NCBI GenBank assembly: GCA_018268875.1
Contig: JAFDVT010000643.1
Location: 1 to 43,104, forward strand
Reading direction: 5' to 3'
DNA: 43,104 nucleotides
Origin: Acidobacteriota bacterium
GTDB lineage: Bacteria > Acidobacteriota > Terriglobia > Bryobacterales > Bryobacteraceae
The first letter of the stretch is position 1. The number at the start of each line of letters is the position of its first letter. The notes under the pieces are model-generated. The model saw only the letters and a list, made by a program, of their open reading frames with translations. It ran no database searches and had not been told where the DNA came from. The translations under genes and the position numbers were made by a program. Positions 37,478-43,104 of the stretch are shown piece after piece.

Positions 37478-37844
37478 GGCGCGCGAGGGGTGACGGCGTA
37501 AACGTGCACAAGTGCGGGCAGATGCCCGGCGCCCGTAAAATGCTCAGGTGCGCAGGAGCATTCTACCGATGCGTACGCCTTTGCGCGCTCCAGCCGCGGG
37601 GCGTGAGGTCCGATGGCGACTTTGGGGATGAGCAGTGGTGCAAAACGCGGCACCCTCCCTATTTCCATACATAGGACGAAACGCAGGGGACGCGCTCTTA
37701 CGGTATGGGTCCGTGCGCTACCCCGAACCGCGTTGCCCACTCACCCCTGCCGCTTGATGAATTGCACGGCTGGCTCGCGCTTCTCGGTGGCGTCGCGCAG
37801 TTCAAGGGTGCCGAGGATGATGGAGCAGCATCAACAGTGAGAGT

Positions 37845-39266
37845 GTGCCGATGACGACGACCGCTGTGAGCCGTGTACTCGCGGATTTTGTCGCGAATGC
37901 TCGATACGAGCACCTCTCGCCGACCGTACTCGACGCCACAACACGCGCCGTCCTCGATTGGTGCGGCTCGGCCATGGCCGGCGCGCAGGAGCGCGAGGCC
38001 GTCATGGCGAGGCGAGTCGTTAGGCAGCTCGGAGAATCGTCCCAAGCGAGCGTGTTTGCGGGAGAGCGTTCGTCGGCGGTGGGGGCAGCGTTGGCCAACG
38101 GCATCGCGTCGCACATTCTCGAGCTTGATGATGTGCACAAAGGGTCGACGCTGCACGCTGCGGCACCGGTGATTCCAGCTGCCCTGGCGGTGGCGGAACG
38201 TGAGCACTCCTCCGGTCGCGATTTCCTCCTTGCAGTCGCGTTAGGGTACGAGGTGGCGCTTCGCGTTGGAGAGGCGGTGAACCCCGCGCACTATCGCTAT
38301 TGGCACCCAACAGGCACGGCGGCGACGTTTGGCGCGGCGGCAGCGGCCGGATCGCTGATGCGCCTAACGCCGGCGCAAATGCTCGACGCGCTGGGGAGCG
38401 CCGGCACACAAGCCGCTGGACTGTGGGAGTTCAACGCCGACGGCGCGATGAGCAAGGCGCTCCACCCAGGTAAAGCGGCAGCCAATGGCGTCCTCGCAGC
38501 AGACCTGGCGCGCGAGGGGTTCACCGGTGCGACCCGCATACTCGAAGGAGATCGTGGCTTTTTCCGCGCGACTGCCGAGCGATACGACGAGACGCGAATC
38601 ACCGATGCGTTAGGCACGCGGTGGAAGGTCCTGGAGAACTGCTACAAACTGCATTCGTGTTGTGGCCACACCCATACGGCCATCGACGTCTCGCTCGATT
38701 ATCGTCGTGCCCACCACTGGCACGACGACGAAGCGCTCCACTCGCTCGCTCGTGTCGACGTCGAGACGTACGCACAGGGATTCGAGATCGTGAAGGCGCT
38801 CAATCCGACGACGCCCTATCAGGGGAAGTTCTCGCTCCGGTATTGTGTCGCGGCAGCGTTACTGGAAGGGGAAGTCGGGCTCGCGCAGTTCACCGCCGAC
38901 AGGTTTGCAGCTGACGGATTGGTCGCAGGAACGCTGGCCCAGCTCCTCTCGCGGGTTCAGGTGCGCGTCTCCAGCGACATCACCGCGCAGTATCCAGCCG
39001 AGTGGGGAACCCGCATCACCTTCGTCGCGAAGGACGGATCGCGCGAGGTGCGTGAGGCGCAATTCCCGCGCGGGAATCCAGAGAACCCAGTATCGACCGA
39101 GGCGCTGGCCGAAAAGCTCCGGGGCCTCGTCGCACCTCGCTACGATGAGTCGACCGCCCAACGCGCTATCGACACGGTGCTTGGATTACAGCGGGTCGAC
39201 GATATGGCGCTCGCGTTCGCCCCACTCGCCAGCGCGCGCGCATCGCGAGAGCTTGTCTCTGCATGA
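37845..39266 (+). CDS. MmgE/PrpD family protein
   Basis: ANGIASHILELDDVH, GYEV, WHPTGT, KALHPG, KLHSCCGHTH, KFSLRY and RGNPENP motifs. Confidence 0.92.
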   Translation: MPMTTTAVSRVLADFVANARYEHLSPTVLDATTRAVLDWCGSAMAGAQEREAVMARRVVRQLGESSQASVFAGERSSAVGAALANGIASHILELDDVHKGSTLHAAAPVIPAALAVAEREHSSGRDFLLAVALGYEVALRVGEAVNPAHYRYWHPTGTAATFGAAAAAGSLMRLTPAQMLDALGSAGTQAAGLWEFNADGAMSKALHPGKAAANGVLAADLAREGFTGATRILEGDRGFFRATAERYDETRITDALGTRWKVLENCYKLHSCCGHTHTAIDVSLDYRRAHHWHDDEALHSLARVDVETYAQGFEIVKALNPTTPYQGKFSLRYCVAAALLEGEVGLAQFTADRFAADGLVAGTLAQLLSRVQVRVSSDITAQYPAEWGTRITFVAKDGSREVREAQFPRGNPENPVSTEALAEKLRGLVAPRYDESTAQRAIDTVLGLQRVDDMALAFAPLASARASRELVSA

Positions 39267-40432
39267 ATGACATCAACCCCCTGAGTCGCGACCACGGCGA
39301 AATTCGCGAGGCGGTCCGTGCCGCCTGCGCCCCCTACGACAGCGCCTATTGGCAACGGATCGAGCGAGAGTCGGCGTATCCGGAGGAGTTTGTCCAGGCG
39401 CTGACCACCGCTGGATGGCTCGCGGCGCTGATTCCCGATGAATTCGGCGGCGGCGGACTTTCGCTGACGGAAGCGTCGATCATTCTCGAAGAGATCAATC
39501 GCTCGGGGGCGAATTCAGGGGCGTGTCACGCCCAGATGTACACGATGGGGACGGTGCTGCGGCACGGCTCTAACGAGCAAAAGCAGAACTATCTGCCGCG
39601 CATCGCGGCGGGCGAGCTGCGATTGCAGTCGTTTGCGGTCACCGAACCCGTGACGGGGACCGATACCACGAAAACGCGCACCACCGCCGTTAGGCATGGT
39701 GACCGGTATGTGGTGAATGGACAGAAGGTCTGGATTTCGCGCGTGCAGCACTCCGACCTGATGCTCCTGCTCGCGCGTACGACGCCACTTGAGCAGGTCG
39801 TGAAAAAGTCGCTGGGTCTCTCGGTCTTTCTCGTCGACTTGCGCGATGCCGAAGCGCGTGGGCTGCGCGTGCGCCCCATCGACAACATGGTGAACCACGA
39901 GACCAACGAGCTGTTCTTCGAGGACTTCGAAATCCCAGCCGAATCGCTCATCGGCGAAGAGGGGAAGGGCTTTCGCTACATCCTCGACGGAATGAACGCC
40001 GAGCGAATTCTCATCGCCGCTGAATGCATCGGTGACGGATTCTGGTTCATCGATCGCGCGCGTCGTTATGCGTCGGAGCGCATCGTCTTCGATCGACCCA
40101 TCGGAATGAATCAAGGGGTACAGTTCCCGATCGCCCGCGCGTACGCCAACGTGCGAGCGGCGGACCTGATGCGATACGAGGCGGCGCGTCTCTTTGACGC
40201 CGGGCAAGCCTGCGGCGCCGAGGCGAACATGGCCAAACTGTTGGCAGCAGACGCGTCGTGGGAATCAGCGAACGTCTGCCTGCAGTCGCACGGCGGTTTC
40301 GGCTTCGCTGCCGAGTACGACGTCGAGCGCAAGTTTCGCGAGACTCGCCTTTATCAGGTCGCCCCGATCTCGACCAATCTCATTCTTTCGTATCTGGGCG
40401 AGCACGTGCTGGAACTCCCGCGTTCTTTCTAA
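39263..40432 (+). CDS. Acyl-CoA dehydrogenase
   Basis: IPDEFGGGG, FAVTEP, NGQKVWIS, GEEGKGF, ERILIA and HGGFGFAAEYDVER motifs; ATGA-coupled. Confidence 0.93.
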   Translation: MNDINPLSRDHGEIREAVRAACAPYDSAYWQRIERESAYPEEFVQALTTAGWLAALIPDEFGGGGLSLTEASIILEEINRSGANSGACHAQMYTMGTVLRHGSNEQKQNYLPRIAAGELRLQSFAVTEPVTGTDTTKTRTTAVRHGDRYVVNGQKVWISRVQHSDLMLLLARTTPLEQVVKKSLGLSVFLVDLRDAEARGLRVRPIDNMVNHETNELFFEDFEIPAESLIGEEGKGFRYILDGMNAERILIAAECIGDGFWFIDRARRYASERIVFDRPIGMNQGVQFPIARAYANVRAADLMRYEAARLFDAGQACGAEANMAKLLAADASWESANVCLQSHGGFGFAAEYDVERKFRETRLYQVAPISTNLILSYLGEHVLELPRSF

Positions 40433-40437
40433 CACCG

Positions 40438-41382
40438 ATGACTCTTTCGTCACCCCGCTTCGCACGCAGCATGCTCTTCGTTCCGGCGTCGCGACCTGAC
40501 ATGATCGCGAAGGCGGTACGGAGTGATGCGGATGCCGTTTGCATCGACCTCGAGGACGCCGTCGCACGCGACCAGAAAGAGTCGAGTCGCAAGAACGTCG
40601 TTCACGCGCTCAAGGCGCTCGACTTCGGCGTTCGAACGCGAATCGTGCGAGTGAATGCGCTCGACACGATGTGGACGTATCGCGACGTGGTAGATGTCGT
40701 CGAGACGTCCGGCGCCTTTGTCGATGTCATCATGCTCCCCAAAGCGCGAAGTGCAGCTGACGTCCAATTTCTCGACCTTCTGCTCACGCAAATCGAAGCG
40801 CGATGCGGCATCGGCAAGCGCATCGGCATCGAGGCGCAGATTGAGTCGGCGAGTGGATTCCTCAACGCCCCACAGATCGCCGCATCGTCAACGCGCCTCG
40901 AAGGGCTGATTTTTGGCATGGGCGACTATGCGGCGTCGATGCACATGCCATTGGCGAGCATCGGCGTCGAGGACGAACACGATGCGGCGTATCCGGGGCA
41001 CCGGTGGCACGCCGTGCTGCACACCATCGTTGCAGCTGCTCGGGCAAACGGTCTCCGCTGCATGGACGGGCCGTTCGCGAATTACCGTGACGAAGCTGGA
41101 CTCGTGAAGGCCGCGCGTGCCGCGCGCGCCATGGGCTTCGATGGCAAGCAGTGTATTCACCCGGCGCAGCTCGCGATCGTCAACCAGACTTTTGCGCCGT
41201 CGGCCAGTGAAATCGAGTGGGCGCGACGTGTTGTTGCGCAGTACGAAAATGCAGTGAACGATGGACGCGGAGCCGTTGGGAGTGACGGCATGATGATCGA
41301 CGCCGCGAACTTGCGCATGGCTCATACCACCTTGCGGGCCGCTGGCGCCCTAACGATGCGCGACCTGGAGGTAAAACAATGA
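40438..41382 (+). CDS. CitE/malyl-CoA/citramalyl-CoA lyase family (HpcH/HpaI)
   Basis: RSMLFVP, DLEDAV, VRVN, QIESA, GMGDY and GFDGKQCIHPAQ motifs; start at ATG 40438. Confidence 0.92.
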   Translation: MTLSSPRFARSMLFVPASRPDMIAKAVRSDADAVCIDLEDAVARDQKESSRKNVVHALKALDFGVRTRIVRVNALDTMWTYRDVVDVVETSGAFVDVIMLPKARSAADVQFLDLLLTQIEARCGIGKRIGIEAQIESASGFLNAPQIAASSTRLEGLIFGMGDYAASMHMPLASIGVEDEHDAAYPGHRWHAVLHTIVAAARANGLRCMDGPFANYRDEAGLVKAARAARAMGFDGKQCIHPAQLAIVNQTFAPSASEIEWARRVVAQYENAVNDGRGAVGSDGMMIDAANLRMAHTTLRAAGALTMRDLEVKQ

Positions 41383-41867
41383 GCAACGAAACCGGTCGCT
41401 GCTACGAAGACTTCTCCGTCGGACTGGTCATGAAACACCCAGTCGGACGAACCGTCTCCAACGTCGACAACACCTGGTTCTCACTTCTAACGAACAACAG
41501 CAACCCAATCCACTTCGATCGACACTACTCCGCGCAGACCGAGTTCGGCCAGCCGTTGATGAATTCCACGTTCACGCTGGCGCTCGTCGTTGGGCTTTCG
41601 GTGAGCGATATCTCGCGGCACGCGGTGAATCTGGGGTGGGAAGAAATCACACTTCCGGCCCCGGTCTTCGAGGGAGACACGATTTACGCGCAATCGGAAG
41701 TGTTGAGCATGCGCGAGTCCAAGTCACGTCCGACGATGGGTGTTGTGCAGGTGAAGTCGACGGGCTTCAAGCAGGATGGCACCGTCGTCATAACGTTTCG
41801 CCGCACGATTCTCGTGTACAAGCGCGGCCATGTCCCTGACCGTCCAATTCCCACGTCAGTGAAATGA
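41379..41867 (+). CDS. MaoC-like (hotdog) acyl-CoA hydratase/dehydratase
   Basis: YEDF.VG, GRTV...DN, NPIHFD and NLGW...PVFEGDT motifs; GGAGG RBS upstream. Confidence 0.92.
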   Translation: MSNETGRCYEDFSVGLVMKHPVGRTVSNVDNTWFSLLTNNSNPIHFDRHYSAQTEFGQPLMNSTFTLALVVGLSVSDISRHAVNLGWEEITLPAPVFEGDTIYAQSEVLSMRESKSRPTMGVVQVKSTGFKQDGTVVITFRRTILVYKRGHVPDRPIPTSVK

Positions 41868-43039
41868 ATCAACCGCTCCCCTTTGAGGGACTACGCGTAG
41901 TTGCGGTTGAGCAGGCGGTGAGTGGCCCCTTCTGCACTCGGCAGTTTGCCGATCTCGGTGCAGAGGTCATCAAGATCGAACGCCCGGATGGTGGTGACTT
42001 CGCGCGAGCGTACGATGGCGCCTTGAACGGCGTGTCGGCGTACTTCGCGTGGCTCAATCGCGGCAAGAAGAGCGTCGTGCTCGACCTAAAGAACGAAAGC
42101 GATCTCGCGCGCCTGCGCGAGTTGGTGCTCGGTGCTGACGTCTTCGTGAACAACTTGGCACCAGGCGCAATTGAGCGAATGGGGTTGGGGTACGACGCGC
42201 TTGCGGAGGCGGCGCCGCGACTGATCTGGGTCGGGATCTCGGGATACGGTCCAAACGGACCGTATCGCGACAAAAAGGCGTACGACATGCTGATTCAGGC
42301 CGAGGCGGGGGTGGTGTCGATGACCGGGACGCCTAACGAGCCGGCAAAGGTGGGCATCAGCGTCGCGGATATCGGGGCAGGGATGTACGCATATTCCAGC
42401 GCAACTGCCGCGCTCTATCGCCGCGAGCGCACGGGAATTGGCGATCGTATCGACATCTCGATGTTCGAGTGCATGACCGAGTGGATGATGCCGCCCATCT
42501 ATACACTCATCGGCACCGGCAAGGCGCCATCGCGCGCAGGGCTCCGGCACAACATGATCGTCCCGTATGGCGCCTACGCCTGCGCGGATGGGAGTGTGCT
42601 CTTCGCCATCCAGAGCGACCGCGAGTTCCGCCGGTTTTGTGAGCACGTCCTGCTGGACGCGACGGTTGCTGACGATCCGCGTTATGGGGAGAACGCGCAG
42701 CGTCTCGCCAACCGGGAGACGCTCGAGGCAATCATTGCCGACTCGTTAGGCACTGTGTCCGTTACCACGGTGGTCTCGCGGCTCGAGGCCGGCGGCATCG
42801 CCAACGCCGTGGTCAATGATGTCGCCGACGTTGCGTCGCACGCGCAGCTGGGGGCGCGTGAGCGGTGGACGACAGTCGAGACGTATGCCGGCGTGGTACC
42901 GGCGCTGATTCCGCCGCACAATCTGGCGTCGTCGCCGTCGCGGATGGGGCGGGTGCCGGGGTTAGGAGAGCAGGCTACGCCAGAGCCCCGCGACGAGCAC
43001 CGTGACCATCAGAGCCGGCGTTCGGCGCCTCACGCCTAA
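41864..43039 (+). CDS. Class III CoA-transferase (CaiB/BaiF)
   Basis: EQAVSGP, ADLGAEVIKIE, NRGKKS, ISGYG..GP and ADIGAG (catalytic Asp) motifs. Confidence 0.93.
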   Translation: MNQPLPFEGLRVVAVEQAVSGPFCTRQFADLGAEVIKIERPDGGDFARAYDGALNGVSAYFAWLNRGKKSVVLDLKNESDLARLRELVLGADVFVNNLAPGAIERMGLGYDALAEAAPRLIWVGISGYGPNGPYRDKKAYDMLIQAEAGVVSMTGTPNEPAKVGISVADIGAGMYAYSSATAALYRRERTGIGDRIDISMFECMTEWMMPPIYTLIGTGKAPSRAGLRHNMIVPYGAYACADGSVLFAIQSDREFRRFCEHVLLDATVADDPRYGENAQRLANRETLEAIIADSLGTVSVTTVVSRLEAGGIANAVVNDVADVASHAQLGARERWTTVETYAGVVPALIPPHNLASSPSRMGRVPGLGEQATPEPRDEHRDHQSRRSAPHA

Positions 43040-43104
43040 CGCTTCGTTGTGGCGCGAACCTGATACGCCATCCAGCGGCGCCACTCTTCGTCCAATCGCG
43101 GTAG
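43036..43104 (-). CDS. 3' end of a possible convergent gene running off the window (…LPRLDEEWRRWMAYQVRATTKR*)
   Basis: Open frame from the window edge to a TAG at 43036-43038, overlapping the CaiB stop; protein-like composition but only 22 residues visible. Confidence 0.35.
   Translation of the reverse strand, partial: LPRLDEEWRRWMAYQVRATTKR

Larger units (their letters stand above)
34473..43041. repeat. Dispersed heptamer CCTAACG/CGTTAGG, 16 copies
   Basis: CCTAACG at 34473, 34509, 34851, 35310, 35838, 36245, 36716, 38363, 41349, 42332 and 43035; CGTTAGG at 38018, 38239, 38608, 39688 and 42744 (counted by eye). Confidence 0.75.

Noticed and set aside
34473-43041. Heptamer copies interpreted as CRISPR, REP or telomere-like (TTAGG) repeats
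   Set aside because: Copies are only 7 bp, irregularly spaced, not tandem and inside coding sequence
1-43104. tRNA, rRNA, CRISPR array, IS or integrase
   Set aside because: No such structure or protein motif was recognised on either strand by eye; a covariance-model search would be needed to exclude small RNAs in the intergenic gaps

Overview
High-GC bacterial DNA; the protein style suggests Gemmatimonadota, but that is a weak inference. Positions ~22-32442 are a large, mosaic surface-polysaccharide locus on the + strand. It holds an AsnB amidotransferase, a PglK/HepA-type ABC flippase, 12 intact glycosyltransferases, a Wzy-like membrane protein, a GDP-mannose 3,5-epimerase-like enzyme, a WecA-like priming transferase, WcaF and OafA-like acyltransferases, methyltransferases and at least two decayed genes. 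Inserted into it at ~24055-29331 is a lower-GC lasso-peptide (RiPP) cluster: a PqqD/RRE protein, an HPr-kinase-like peptide kinase, an AsnB-fold lasso cyclase lacking the glutaminase Cys, a 51-aa precursor missing from the ORF track (27893-28048; predicted core GGTKSSNERGTGNPGTKV, Gly1-Glu8 ring) and a convergent nucleotidyltransferase. No B2 leader peptidase is visible. Next come a secreted protein/putative beta-barrel pair, a stand-alone RND transporter and a five-gene PrpD/acyl-CoA dehydrogenase/CitE/MaoC/CaiB operon resembling itaconate/methylsuccinate catabolism. The right-hand 8.6 kb carries 16 copies of the heptamer CCTAACG/CGTTAGG, which occurs at only background level in the polysaccharide island. 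No rRNA, tRNA, CRISPR array or transposase was seen.
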